The position numbers and the translations under genes are program-made. The notes under the pieces were generated by a model that had not been told where the DNA came from, searched no databases, and saw nothing but the letters and a program-made list of their open reading frames with translations. Source: Antedon mediterranea (taxonomy: Eukaryota; Animalia; Echinodermata). Taken from it: a stretch of DNA of 64,000 nucleotides. Positions 1 to 19,380 of the stretch are shown here, one piece after another. The DNA lies in contig NC_092674.1 of assembly GCF_964355755.1 (NCBI RefSeq), positions 5,332,001 through 5,396,000 on the forward strand. The letters run 5' to 3'. Position 1 is the first letter of the stretch; the number at the start of each line of letters is the position of its first letter.

Positions 1-119
1 ATATTTGGGCACATCACACTTTTGTTGTCAAAATAGATTGATAGTGTAGACAGAGCTTTAGAGTATTGGGAATAAAAAGAAGAGAAACAGGCTAAAAATT
101 GTGAATGCCTTTTTTGTAG

Positions 120-3100
120 GGCGAGGTTGAACAGATATCATTGATGAAACCTAAGGCATTGACAGACCATGAAGAGGGCATGCTAGAGTATCTGGAGGAC
201 ATCATTGGCAGTAATGTTCATAAGGAACCTATTGAAGAACTCAGCAAGAAGGTTGAGGAACTCAATGAAGAGAGAGGAGAGAAGGTGAGCGTGTTATGTT
301 CAAACAAAATCAGGAATAGGAGAGGCCTAAAGAATATACTATACCTGAATATTCCAAAAATGTGTTCCAACAAATTGGAAAATCGGTTTATTAAGCTCTG
401 TCTACACTATCAAACTTTATGTGACATATATGGACATGATGATGTTCACTGCCATATTTTGGCATATCACTACCATATTTGGCCACACCACACTTCTTTT
501 GTAAACTAGTTTGATAGTGTAAACATAGCTTTAGGTTCAAAGTGAATGATAAAACATATTATCAACCATTCAAATGTAGAAATACCTATGCTACAGTTAG
601 AGACAGTGAATGCCTTAATTTCACCATCAAATAAATATTTGTTTATTTTAGTTGAGTCGAGTGAAAGCAGTCGAAACCGAAATGAACCAGTTAGAAGAAC
701 CGATGAAAGAAGCCGAGGAGTTCTTACGCAGTGAGAATGAGATTACTCATAAGAAAAATAAACTTTTCCAAAGATATATGTAAGTCGTCTTTGTCATTGA
801 CAGTACTGCAGGTGATACTGTATATCCTTGGGTATAATCCCACGTCTGGTTTAATCCTACCCCTATCCTACTACTACTATTTTACATCTGATTTCACAAA
901 CAGGCATATCCCCGGATATAGTCCCAGTATTGAATTTTGGTCTGGATGTATGCCTTTCTCTAACCAGTTCAGATGAGTTTTTACAAGAAATGCTTACCAA
1001 TCATTTTTTTCCCCCGGGTATAGTCCCAACCCACAAAGTCGGCCCAATTTTGTGTTTTAAGTGGGTGGGATTATACCAGAGGATATACCATAGTGAGCAT
1101 AAATCATAGAGAGATATACATATTTTTTTTCTAGACATGATTGTACAGAAGTATGTAAGGAAGTTGAAACTAAGAAGACTGAAGTAGATGAAAATATGAA
1201 AAAAATACAAGACAACCTGAAACAACTGACAGATGACAATGCAATCAAAGGAAAAGATCATAAGAAACTATTTAAGTAAGTCAACATTTTAGTTTATTTA
1301 TTTAGTTATATCTTATATATATATTTATATGTATTTTATGTCTTTAGGCCAAGGATTACCAATAGTAAATTAATCAATATCCTATTAGATAGGTGGTAAT
1401 CCCCCTGATACAGTGGCTATTTTGTGAACCTGTTCACTGGGATAACCCTGCTACTCGTCTCGATTCATTGATGAACTGGGTTCTTTAAAGTGCACACAGG
1501 TTATAACTGTGTACACTGGACCTACGGTTTATAGTCCTTATCCGAGAAGACTTGTTCCACCACCAGAACTAGGAGCGAGTCGGCCTCGAACCCATGCTGA
1601 TATTGTTGACTTTTTAGTTACGGTAACTGGCCACCCTTAACTGCTTGACCATTTGACTCGCTAGATACAATGCTAGTTATTCTCTATCTCTACACTTTTT
1701 AACCTAGTGAACTAATTTCAACCAGAAATGGTATTGGAATGGCCTAACAGTGTACTCAGGTCTGGTTACCCTTTGCTTGAATGGTAAATAATGAATTTCT
1801 TAATTTTTTAAATAAAGGAAATATGAAAAATTATCAGAAGAAGCCAGGAAAAGAAAAGAAGAATTTGCTGAATTTGAAAGACATGATCTTAAATGTAGAG
1901 AAGACTTGAAGTACACGAAAGAAAAGCAAAAGAAATTAATAAAAGCTTTGGAAAAGGAAAGAACAAAGGTAAGTACTGTTGAAAGAATAAATGGAAAGTC
2001 ATACTATAATGCTCAGTTCTCAAAACTTGTGTGCTCTAAAGGTTTTTAAACTATGCATTTAAATTCACAATCATGATTGGTGTTTTGGTAAATACTCTCC
2101 CAGTCCTGATGAAAAAATATATGGGAAGTCATACTAAATGCTCAGTTCAGCAAATTTGTGCTCCACAGGCTCTTAAACTGTGCATTTGAATTTAAATTCA
2201 CAATCATGATTGGTGTTTCGGTAATTGCTCTCCTAGTCCTGATGATGTGTCATAATCATAATAATAATGCTCAGTTCTCAAAAACTTTGTGCTCTAAAGG
2301 CTCTTTGCATTTAAGTACATAAACCTGGTTACTGACTAAATTATTAAGTTAGCAAGAGTGGAGACAAATATAGTAATCCATTTTGTTAATGGTAAAGTTG
2401 AATCATTCCTCTATTTGAATTATTTTTCTAGTTGGAGGATCTTCGTGGCGGATCCACAGAAAATGGGCAAACAATTGATGAGATGAAAGAAAAGAAGGAA
2501 AAGCTGGAAAGTCAATTAATGAAGGAAGAGGACAAAATGAGTGAAATTATGGAATCCTTGAAGGGAGCAACGAAAGATTTACAGGAAGAGAAAGAGGTAA
2601 AAATCTGTCAAAATCTTTAGTGACAAAAAAATGTGATATGGAAATGATGATGTCTAATCACTACCATATTTAGGCACATCAAACTTTTGGTTGTTAAACT
2701 AGCTTGATAGTGTAGATAGAGCTTTAGAATTATTGTTATTATACTTATAGGCCTACGGGGTTCAAGACTTAAAGTTCAGTGAACTTACTGTGGCCTCCAT
2801 TCACCCACATTTAATATATGTATACTCATGATTGTTTAAATTATCTATATAAGTGAGTGGAAAAATAAACGAAACAAATTATTCTTATTGCTCTTTTTAA
2901 TAGAATAGTGAATCAATGAATGCTTGTAACTGACTGTATTATTTTTAGCATACTGATTCAATTTATTCAATTTATGTATTTATTTCAGAAAAAGGAGAAG
3001 GAATTGACTGGAATGCAGGATGGATTAAATAAAGCCAAGTCTGGTAAATCCGAAGCGGACTCCAGACTTCACATACAACAAGAAAAAGTGGACGATTTAA

Positions 3101-6100
3101 AAGGCAAATTGGACAACATAAAGACCAGTTTGGAAACTGCAAGCAAGGTTTTAGAAGAAAGAAAAAGGTTTGTTTTTTCTCAACATTAAGTAATGTTACC
3201 TAAGAGTGGCCTGCTTGGTGTTGGTTTAATGGCTTTATGTAATTCATTCGCTAAATTTCATTATAAAATCGCCTCTCATAATACCAGATTAAACATTTTT
3301 TTTTTTTGTACTGGATGCTATCTTATCTAACTGTTTTAAATAGGTAATTTTATTTTAAATAATTATGTTTTATTTCCCAAATTGTATTTTATTCTTGCAG
3401 CTCTGTTGAAGATCTTGAGGTAGAGGTTCCACAGATGGAAAAACAACTTGAAGAATCTAAGCGACAACTTGCTCAAGCTAGAGAGGCAGATGCTAAAGCG
3501 TATGAAAAGGTAAACCATATTAGTATACATAACCAGTCGTCATGTAGAGAATCACATGATGTTTAAAGCTCTGTCTACACTATCAAACTTTATGTGATGG
3601 ATATATGGACATGATGATGTTATATCACTACCATATTTGGGCATATCACTTCCATATTTGGGCATATCACTTCCATATTTGGGCATATCACTTCCATATT
3701 TGGGCACATGGCATCACAGAAAACTTTTGTATGAATATATTAATAATGATTATTTTTCAGTTCAAAGACTACTCGGTGAAAGTTGGAGAAGCGCAGAATT
3801 CTTTGCAATCGTTCAATAACCGAGGAGCGGTGTTGACTGCCCTCATGAGGGAGAAGAATAACGGCAACATACCAGGAATCTATGGAAGATTGGTAAGCTA
3901 ATGTTTGTATTTTTTAATGTATTAGTAAAGGATTTTTCCCCTGTTATGCTTCTTACATTTTCTGTTAATTGCTTAGAGGAGCCCTGAATTTTGCGCTATA
4001 TAAATAAAGATTTCAATTGATGGTGCAAGAGTTAATGTACAAACCTCAATTCTATAATATCAAGTTTTCTCGAACACCATATATTTAGGGTGAGCTTTCT
4101 GTCAATCTGGCTTCAAATTACTCTTAACAATAAAGCTCTGTCTACACTATCAAACTTTATGTGACAAAAAGATGTGATGTTCCCATATATGGTTATGATG
4201 GTGTCATAACACTACAATTTTTGGGTACATCACACACTTTTTTGTCAAACCAGTTTGATAGTGTAGACAGAGCTTAAGAATGTTATCTTTTACTTGTAAA
4301 TGTGTATAGGGTGATCTTGGTTCAATAAACGAGAAATATGATGTTGCTATTTCCACTGCTTGTGGAGCATTAGATTACATTGTAGCTGACAACTTGGAAA
4401 CAGCTGAGATGAGTGTGAAGTTCTTGCGCGACCATAATGTAGGACGAGCAACATTCATTGGCTTAGATAAGGTATGATGTCGTTTACGTTTGTCTAATAT
4501 TTCTTATTAGTTAAAAGTAACTGAAAGGTAGAACATCAATCTAAAGCTCTGTCTACACTACCAAACTTTATGTAACAAAAAAATGTGATGTTCTCAAATA
4601 TAGACATGATGATGTCATATCACTACCATATTTGGGTATATCACTACCATATTTGTGCACATCACACTTTTTTTATTCAAACTAGTTTGATAGTGTAGAC
4701 GAAGCTTTATCCTTATAGTTGTTTACCTTATCCTTCGTGTCGATGTAGTGAGTTGGTCTAAAGAGCCTATAACGTGAATGCAATATAGACCTTATAGATG
4801 TATTTTTAATAATATACATTATATATGTTGTATTTTAATTTCATATTTTAGATGGCTCATTTACAAAAAGCATCTTGCAACAAAATAACAACGTAAGTAT
4901 GAAACAAAGTTAAAACACATACTAAGGCCAACTCAGGCAGCGTCGTACAACGAGGCCTGGCGAATCATCTTCACTCGTCGGTGCTGTCTGAGTTGAATCC
5001 CGATGAGACAAGTCATCTTAAAATAGTGTTGGCCGTAATTTTTAGGTCGTTCATGCTTCGTCGTACGGCGCTGTCTGAGCTGGCTTTTAGTCCTAATATA
5101 ATGATATAACTTATTTACTAAAACATGTTTTTTTTTTCATATTTGTAAATTTGTATTTATTGATTAATTATATTTTAGACCAGAGAATGTTCCTAGGTTA
5201 TATGATGTGATAAAACCCAAGAATGACATTTTCAAGACAGCATTTTTCTATGGTATTGGTAACACACTAGTTGCAAATGATCTTGATCAAGCAACTAGGA
5301 TTGGGCTCCAAGGAACAAAGCGCCACCGTGTGGTCACGTTACAAGGGCAACTTATCGAAACATCAGGTAGGCGTGTTTGCTTGGACTTGTCAATATAAGC
5401 CTCAAACTAATAATTTTTAGAATATTGTCATATTGCAGTTCTTCTGTTAAAATGAGGCCTGTGTGTGGGGAACTGGTTTTCACTGTTCACCATTTTGTAT
5501 GTCAAAATACATCAATCCCTGCATTGTTTGACAATGCATTTTACCCTCTCGCTTCTTATTAGGTACTTTAAGCGGTGGTGGTAAACAGGTATCGAGAGGA
5601 AGAATGGGTTGCAAGATGGTGACAGACGTCACTCCTGAGAAGTTAGCTTCTATGAAAAAAGAGTTGGAAGACATTAAAAATGAATCTCAGAAACACAAAC
5701 AAGAGCTGAGATGTCTGGAAGAGGAGGTTAGCCATCTAGATAAGATTCTAGTTCAGAAGAGGCTAACACTCAAGAAACACATGATGGACATCGATGTGAG
5801 TAGAAATATTTGTGGGTTATATATTACACATCTGATAAAGCAAGTATTAGATATTGCCTTCATATAGGCAGAGCAAAAGAAACTGTTTGTACTTTTGTAG
5901 GGGGTTACCCTGGTGTATTAGTACATCACAGCCACTGATCACCAACTGGGCCCTCTGGGAGACCAGTCATTGACTGAAGAGGTTACCCAGTATAAATAAA
6001 TATATTTTTGCATCAATGTTGTGTAATCATATTTTTTTGTAATGTTTCATTTAGTTCAAAGCCAAACATGAAGCAACTTTGAAAGAGCAGATGAAGGAAG

Positions 6101-9100
6101 CAGAGAAAGAAAATGCAGAGGTTATGAAGAACACTGACTTCCAGACCTTGGAGAAGAATGCAAAGAAATTTGGTGATGGTAAGATAAAAAATTATACTTT
6201 TTTTAAAAAATCACAGAATATGCACAAATAAAAGATGTTTTTTTTTTTTAATTATGAAATGCACCTTCTGTGCTGACACAAACTTAAACGTCATGAGGAA
6301 ATTTCTTAAATGATCAAAATCAAAACGGTACTGGGTGATGTGTACTAGCGTTCCTGCTCCCAAAAGTCATCCATTCATAGAAGCGCTGATGACGAAAATC
6401 TATCCTTGGTGACTAATAGGGTGGTCCCTGGACATGACTGTACTTCGGCTTTAGTTAGAAGTTTTAAATGTTTTATTTTAAATTTTCTTATGAACTAGAC
6501 ATATAGTTTAGGTGAGTGAGTGGCCGAGTGGTTAAGACAGTGGGACCGTAATTACGTAGCCATAACATTGGTAAAAGTTTGAGGCTCCATCGTTCTGGTG
6601 GTTTTCTCGTATAAGGACTATAAACTGTAGGTCAAGTGTACACATCTAGCTCATGTGCACTTTAAAGAACCTAGTACAGTCAAGACGAGTAGAGGATTAC
6701 CCTGGTGTACTAATTCAGACAGCTACTGATCATAACTGTGCCCTCTTGGAGACCAGTCTTTATTATTATTATTATTATTTATTGCCAAAAACCAGTTACA
6801 AACATACAAAAACACAGAAACTAAGGGAGTAGGCAGGAACCTAAAAGTGAACCTAATCACTATAACAAGAGTTCAGGTTCCATACTCCCAAAGTAACAAC
6901 TATGATATATAATAAACTATATTATACAAATTAATAAAAATATATAAAGGATATAAGAAAAAATACTTAAGTCTTTGACAGTATAAATATTTCAATGCAG
7001 TAGTTATATTGATTTGTTTCCAAACATTGCAGCTTATGATAAAGTGTATTCCAGCTATGCAAAGGTAGAAGATCAGGTGAAGAGCCTTCACGACAAGATA
7101 ATGGAGGTGGGCAACAGTAAAGTAAAGCCACAACAAACAAAACTAAACAAACTTACCAAGGAGATAGAAGAGGCTAATAATGCTGCTCTTAAGGCTCAAG
7201 TAGCAATTAAAAACTCCAAGAAGTAAGAGTTTGTGTTTTACATTTGTCACAGATGTAAATGTATATTTGTCACATATGTAATTATATATTTGTCACATAT
7301 GTTAATATAAATTTGTCACATGTTAATATATATTTGTCACATGTGTTAATATATAATTGTCGCATATAAATTTATTTGTCACATATGTAAATGTATATTT
7401 GTCACATATGTAAATGTATATTTGTCACATGTAAATGTATATTTGTCACATGTAAATATATATTTGTCACATGTAAATGTATATTTGTCACATGTAAATG
7501 TATATTTGTCACATGTAAATGTATATTTGTCACATGTAAATGTATATTTGTCACATGTAAATGTATATTTGTCACATGTAAATGTATATTTGTCACATAT
7601 GTAAATGTATATTTGTCACATATGTAAATGTATATTTGTCACATATGTAAATGTATATTTGTCACATATGTAAATGTATATTTGTCACATATGTAAATGT
7701 ATATTTGTCACATGTAAATGTATATTTGTCACATATGTAAATGTATATTTGTCACATGTAAATGTATATTTGTCACATGTAAATGTATATTTGTCACATG
7801 TAAATGTATATTTGTCACATGTAAATGTATATTTGTCACATGTAAATGTATATTTGTCACATGTAAATGTATATTTGTCACATGTAAATATATATTTATT
7901 ACAATATGTAAATGTATATTTGTCACATATGTAAATGTATATTTGTCACATATGTATTTGTAATATATAAATGTATTTTTCACATGTCAACAAAATGAAC
8001 CTTCAATTTTGCTATAAGTATTTTTGTGTCTTATTTTATTTTAAGGAATATTAAGAGAGCAGAAGACAAAATAGGCTCAATGGAAAAGGAGGAGGAAGAG
8101 AATTCGCAGTCAGTGAAGACAATTGAAGCCGAGTTTAAACGTCTGGAGGATGATGCTACTCGTGTTTTGCAAGCGTTCCGTGATGTTGAGGAACGAATGA
8201 AAGATATGCAAGACGCACTTGAGTTCAGCAAGCGTATGTTATTTTGTTTTTGAATTGTTTTTTTTAAGATAAACAAAACTCAATTTCTTAGTAGCCCTGT
8301 GTACAGTGCTCCAGGTTTGCCAGCGTATTCTGTTCTCTGCTAGTAATCAATTTGAAGTGCATATTTTGAGTCCCAAATGCTTCAAAACAATAAGATGCTT
8401 ACAACTAAAAACAAACATTATGATCCCTTTAAACTTATGTACAGCACTTAGTGGTTTCATTAGGCGCTATATAAATCCAAGATATTCTTATTTATAGCTA
8501 CCACAATCACATGTACCACCCGATTCCAAAAATAGATTTATTTGTGGCCGTAATCACAAAATATCACAACACCAGTTTTTAGTTTAATTTTGTTTCTTTT
8601 TTTTTTTTTTTTTTGCAAATCATTATTTTATCATTGTTAATTGTTTTGGAATTGTAAAGTATTTTATTTTTTATAGAGGAACTTGCAAAATTGCAGGAAG
8701 AAGAGAATAAGTTGAAGGCAAAAGAACTTGAGGTGAAGTATGATCTGGAAAAATATGTGGACCTTTTGGTAGAGAATCAACATAAAATGAAACACTGGAA
8801 GAAAGAGGTATGTTTTGTTGATTACTCTGCAATATCAATAATATTGTTAGTCACTCTTAAGCTCTGTCTACTCTATCAAACTTTATGTTGATGTAAAAAA
8901 TGTGATGTGCCAATATATGGACATGATGCCATCATATCACTACCAAAAGTGCGTACATCACACTTTTTTGTCAAACTAGTTTGATAGTCCAGCTAGAGCT
9001 TAAAAAAAAGTTCCTATTAATCATTGTATGCTCCTATACCATCTGTGTACTCATCATTTTATCCCAATACTATTCTGTTCATTAGTTTATATTTCCATAA

Positions 9101-11534
9101 TTCATGTTTTCACCCCTCACACACCCCTCCCATCTTGACACTGGCATCCTCAATGCTCTGTGTACACTGTGGCAAAACATTTTGATGTGCCTATATATGG
9201 ACATGATGATGTCATATCACTACCATATTTGGGAATATCACTACTATATTTAAGCACACTTGAGTAAGTCACTAGTTTGATGGTGTAGATAGAGCTGTAC
9301 ACACCTTCCCCTCTTTGCTTCGGTTCTGGCATGTTACTACATTGATACATGATTACTTATGATTAATATATAGATCCAAAAGCTGACACTTCACAAGATG
9401 TTAGGCCAAGAGGAAGAAGAGAAATTGGAAGAGTTAACAGAAGAACAACTGGATGATGTAAATGCAGAGGCAGTGCAGTTTGAGATCACGGTATTGGAAG
9501 AAAAGTTGACAGGAATGAAACCTAACCTTGCTGCCATACAGCAGTACAAGAAAAAGGTAATGGTACCCTAATATTTGACACTTGTACGGTTGGAAAAGTC
9601 TCAACCTGACCACTTTTTCACAGAGGTCTTTGACAACCCTGTGGCTCACACAGAGATTGTTCCCTTTTCCCTCGACAACCGCACAACTTTATTTCTCGAA
9701 GCAACATCACTGTTTTAGAACACTTATTCAAGGGAGACCTTTGTAAAGGTAGCACTTTCCCATGTAAAATATATGTTAGTCCAATGGGTTGCCAACACAA
9801 GTGTTGACATAGCTTAAGGTTTCACATGTCTTGTTATGTATTGCTCATTTGTCCTGTCTTCATGTTGTTTGTAATGTCACTGCTCTAATGGCAAACCGGT
9901 AAACGAGCTTTGCTCTTACGGTTATCCATTTGTTGTTTATCTTTTATGTACAGTATTTGAAATGGTAAATAAATTGAAACTGAAGAAAATATTAGTTTTA
10001 CCACTGACCAAGCCCAGCTATTAAGGGGATACTTTGTTGGGTGAGGTTGAATAGGGTTTTTATAAAGCTTTTCTCACTAAACATTATAGGTTTTGCGTAG
10101 TACTGTATTTAATTGAATTTACATTTTCTTTTTTACCTCATTAATTGTTGACATTTTGGATTACTTTTCAGGAAGAAGCGTACCTTCAGAGAGTCGGGGA
10201 GTACGATGAACTTACTGAAAACCGTAACAAAGCGCGGCGCGACCTTGAGGAAAAGCGAAAGCAGCGTCTTGACATGTTCATGAAAGGGTTCAGCGCCATC
10301 AACGAGTACCTGAAAGAGATGTACCAGATGATCACACTAGGTGGAGATGCAGAACTTGAGCTGGTTGATAGCTTGGATCCATTCTCAGAAGGAATTGTCT
10401 TCAGGTGAGTGTTATAGGGGTCTTTGGAGTGGGTGCTATTTGAGTTGTTGAAAGCTATTTAAGCATCAAGATCCATTCCTTAAGCCGAGTTTCCACTAGA
10501 TGAATCTGTTCGTGCGAATCGAAAGCGTCAGCTTATACGCGTGCATAGTCATGTTACCATCTTCCAAATCCCTGTCTATGCGTGCGTATAACCTGACGCT
10601 TTCGATTAGCACGAAGAAATTCGCCTAGTAGAAAATTTAATTTTGGCATTATTGGGTTATTACTTAAGATTGTGACATTCAATGGGGTACGCATCCTAAG
10701 AAAAATCAATGCATTAACAAAATACAATCCCTGAAATCATTGCCTATTCTACAATTTAGATCAACTGTTTAACTCTTTAATAATTAAATAATATTGATTT
10801 CTATTATTATACTGAATATGGATAGCAGGCAATAAATATTTGAAATTTTTCAGTGTTCGCCCTCCAAAGAAGAGTTGGAAACAGATATGCAACTTGTCGG
10901 GTGGCGAGAAGACGCTAAGTTCGCTATCATTGGTGTTTGCGCTTCATCAGTTCAAACCAAACCCACTTTATGTGATGGACGAGATAGATGCTGCCCTCGA
11001 CTTTAAAAACGTTTCAATCGTTGGTCATTATATTACAGTAAGTGCATTCTCACTCCTGAGGGCGATCAAAGTATATTGATCAAAACGTCAAGAAACTCAA
11101 CAGTTCTTTTCAGAAGTATATATGTGGTGTACCCAAGGGCGTAGCAAGAGGGTAAAACAGATGAGGCAAAGATGCTTTAAATATAATTAATTTTATATAT
11201 ATAATTTTTTTTATTAATATAAAATATGATGATCTCTGCTAGGGGATTAGGGTGGGTCGTGAGAAACTTGAAATCTGCCTCATGCTGGCTACGGCCCTGG
11301 TACCACAAACTTTTATATCTACATATTGATTTCCCCATCCAAACCTACACAATAACAAACTAAAAACAATATTCAAATTGTGATTTATTTCAGGAAAGAA
11401 CAAAGAACGCGCAGTTTATTGTCATTTCGTTGAGGAACAACATGTTTGAGCTAGCCGATCGATTGGTTGGAATTTACAAGATCGACAACTGTTCACAGAC
11501 AGTGGCTATCAACCCTAAAAAACTGAGTTGCTGA
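120..11534 (+). CDS. SMC4: Structural maintenance of chromosomes protein 4 (condensin core ATPase), 5'-partial. Exons: 120-284, 652-779, 1135-1275, 1818-1968, 2432-2596, 2989-3167, 3401-3509, 3761-3892, 4310-4471, 4852-4892, 5179-5366, 5563-5795, 6055-6178, 7033-7222, 8046-8233, 8677-8807, 9374-9556, 10172-10404, 10854-11037, 11394-11534
   Basis: All 20 exons are GT-AG flanked and phase-consistent (3168 nt, ending TGA). Motifs: Q-loop region GEVEQISLMKPK; hinge GIYGRLGDLG...YDVAISTACG...GRATFIGLDK and RVVTLQGQLIETSGTLSGGG; GGDAELELVDSLDPFSEGI; signature LSGGEKTLSSL; Walker B/D-loop YVMDEIDAALD; C-terminal AQFIVISLRNNMFELADRLVGIYK typical of SMC4. Confidence 0.97.
393..530. mobile_element. MITE family A (PIF/Harbinger-type), representative copy. 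Other copies, approximate: 1-59, 2609-2725, 3567-3720, 4134-4276, 4544-4708, 8860-9001, 9153-9296, 12239-12382, 12544-12650, 13472-13588, 14243-14300, 15608-15789, 18529-18688, 18958-19108, 19566-19678, 20070-20160, 29060-29204, 31668-31825, 34402-34724, 39437-40324, 46834-46982, 47240-48343, 49364-49500, 54600-55155
   Basis: TIRs AGCTCTGTCTACACTATCAAACT / AGTTTGATAGTGTAGACAGAGCT flanked by TAA/TTA. Variable number of internal 21-bp GCATATCACTACCATATTTGG units. No coding capacity. Confidence 0.9.
1347..1660 (-). mobile_element. tRNA-derived SINE with Deu/Nin-like central domain
   Basis: The reverse complement shows an A-box-like head, B box GGTTCGAGG and core CTCGGATAAGGACTATAAACCGTAGGTCC...GTGCACTTTAAAGAACCCAG, shared with the copies at 6512, 13920, 22100 and 28377. 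Confidence 0.8.
1994..2330. repeat. Degenerate tandem triplication of about 125-bp unit in an SMC4 intron
   Basis: AATGCTCAGTTC...GTGCTC occurs three times; AAATTCACAATCATGATTGGTGTTT...AGTCCTGATGA occurs twice. Confidence 0.8.
4925..5086. mobile_element. Harbinger-type MITE (family distinct from A and B)
   Basis: Inverted termini AGGCCAACTCAGGCAGCGTCGTAC / GTACGGCGCTGTCTGAGCTGGCTT in a TAA/TTA context. Confidence 0.7.
6512..6760 (+). mobile_element. tRNA-derived Deu/Nin-like SINE
   Basis: A box TGGCCGAGTGG, core TAAGGACTATAAACTGTAGGTC...GTGCACTTTAAAGAACC, followed by (TTA)n. Confidence 0.8.
7239..7985. repeat. Minisatellite, 21/23-bp unit GTAAATGTATATTTGTCACAT(AT)
   Basis: Near-perfect tandem array with degenerate flanks. 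It fills almost the whole intron and explains the repetitive ORFs at 7391-7983. Confidence 0.97.
10483..10635. mobile_element. Palindromic MITE
   Basis: TTTCCACTAGATGAATCTGTTCGTGCGAATCGAAAGCGTCAG is mirrored by CTGACGCTTTCGATTAGCACGAAGAAATTCGCCTAGTAGAAA. Confidence 0.7.
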
Positions 11535-11750
11535 AGTAACTGCTGAGGCCTATATATAGCTTTTGTAATGACTATGTAAAAAACGAACTTGTATTGTATG
11601 TAAATATCTCATGTACCATTTACTTTAATATCAACACTGGATGTTTTTTTATACTGTACTTATTTCACATAACTATAAATGGAGGACGAAAGCCGCAAAA
11701 ACAGTTTATGTTGCTTTGATTGAAAAATTATGAATTTCATTATCATAAAA

Positions 11751-11870
11751 TATATAGCCATACTATGTTGAAACACCAGACCATGTCAGGTCATCGAAGT
11801 TAACCAATGTTGGGTCTGGTTGCGTTCTGAATAAGAGACCCTCTCGAAATAGCGGCGGGTGCTGTATATA
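11751..11870 (+). pseudogene. Divergent 5S rRNA-like sequence (variant, pseudogene or SINE3-type head)
   Basis: Colinear with metazoan 5S over about 120 nt: GCCATACTATGTTGAAA...GAAGTTAA..A...GGGTCTGGTT...GAGACC...CGGGTGCTGTA. Confidence 0.75.
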
Positions 11871-11875
11871 CCAAA

Positions 11876-11940
11876 GGGCGATGGTGTAATGATAATATCG
11901 GACTAGCATGTGATAGGCATGGGTTCGAGCTGATCTGGTA
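11876..11940 (+). other. tRNA-like module directly after the 5S-like sequence
   Basis: A-box-like TGGTGTAATGA and B box GGTTCGAGC at tRNA spacing; no convincing acceptor stem. Confidence 0.55.
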
Positions 11941-12769
11941 GGTAGGTACTGCACTGCTGGCTTCCGTGTGTCCATGGACAGCCTAATCCGAATTTCCTCA
12001 GTTTCCAGTTAAGTCTGAGGACCAACATTCAATATTGACAATTGTTTTACTGTACCTTATATTATCTAGCATTTACATTTTAATATACATGCATCATTTA
12101 TTTGAATGTTTTAATATATACGTGGATTTCTTAAAGCTTTAGAATGCGTAGGTTTTGTAATCAGGAACTGTAAATCAAATTGAATATATTTTAAAACAAA
12201 GAAACATAAATCGCCATCAGATATCGCCTGTAAAAATTAAACTCTGTTCACACTACCAAAAAAATGTGATGTGCCCATATATATACATATACCATACCAC
12301 ATACCATATTTAGGTATATCACTACCATATTTGGACACATCACACTTTTTGTAAAACTAGTTTGATAGTGTAAACAGAGCCTTATGTAAGGTAGTTTGTA
12401 CAGATGTCCTTTGAATATTAAATGACATTGTGTGTCAAAAAAAAAAAAATGTTGGTGTATTTATTGATAATCAATAAGCGTGTTGCATAGATGATATGCA
12501 GTAATTACCAGAGGCAGATCCAGGGAAAAGGGTCCTCACCTTAAAGCTCTGTCTACACCATCAAAATTTATGTGACAACAAAATTTGATGTGCCCATATA
12601 TGGACATGATGACACATATCACTACCATTTGACCACGTCACACTTTTTTGTACTTTAGAAGTCTTTCTATAACAATCTCCCATGTGCTAATTTATAATGA
12701 TGTATACTTTAATTATTGTACTGGACTGGTATTATATTATATAATAATATATGCAATATCAAATTTCCC

Positions 12770-12950
12770 AACGTCCGCATGAAATTATTGAGGCGCAATT
12801 TAGAAATTCCGCATAAAATTCGCGCATCAGCAGTTTTAATTATTAACAATAATCACCGTGTGGTGGCGTGTGATGCCGGTGGTTCGTCCAAAACTTCCAG
12901 AGGTGTGTGGACGAACGTGTTTTCGTCTGTGTTTTGTAAGCTAAAAAAGG
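12770..12950 (+). promoter_or_regulatory. Probable ZNF330 promoter and non-coding first exon
   Basis: Local CpG-rich patch upstream of the ATG exon (acceptor AG ends at 13325). Candidate donors GTAAG at 12936 or GTATT at 12950. Confidence 0.45.
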
Positions 12951-13347
12951 TATTGTTCATTAAAAAAACAAATAGGAAAATGTCATATTTGTGTTATATA
13001 AAATTGTGTTATATTAAAGTATCGTATTTAAAAAAAATCTAAGTCAAATTGAGGCAGGCTGCTCTCTGTGTACACATGGGGCCTAAAGATCACCACAATT
13101 GGCAATTGAGTAGCGCCTGGAATCCGAGGAATAGATTAGGTTATAGGCCTAGGCCTAGTAGTAAAATAAGTTGTCAATAATATGATAATACTATATTTTA
13201 TGACATTATGCGTAGAATTTAGTTCTACATGCAAAATTATAATGTTTGATTTCTGTATATATTATTATTTTTTATGTTTTCATTTAAAAATATAATAATT
13301 TTTTTTTATTTTCATAAATAAACAGGGACCAGCGGGTACTGTTCAAA

Positions 13348-19380
<6,033 letters not shown>

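Noticed and set aside
2068-2245. ATGATTG...CTGA as a C/D-box snoRNA
   Set aside because: Box C is imperfect, the span is only about 35-40 nt, and the motif is explained by a local tandem duplication.
3605-3760. Recurrent YHYHIWA / MPKYGSD ORFs (also at 9150, 15653, 18442, 31577 and 34445)
   Set aside because: These are readings of the 21-bp unit of MITE family A, not genes.
7391-7983. Repetitive ORFs (CKCIFVT)n and (HVTNIHL)n as possible metal-binding peptides
   Set aside because: They are translations of a stop-poor 21-bp minisatellite, open in several frames on both strands, inside an SMC4 intron.
120-11534. Intronic miR-15/16 cluster, as hosted by vertebrate SMC4
   Set aside because: No TAGCAGCAC-type mature sequence in a hairpin was noticed, and the 5' introns lie outside the window.
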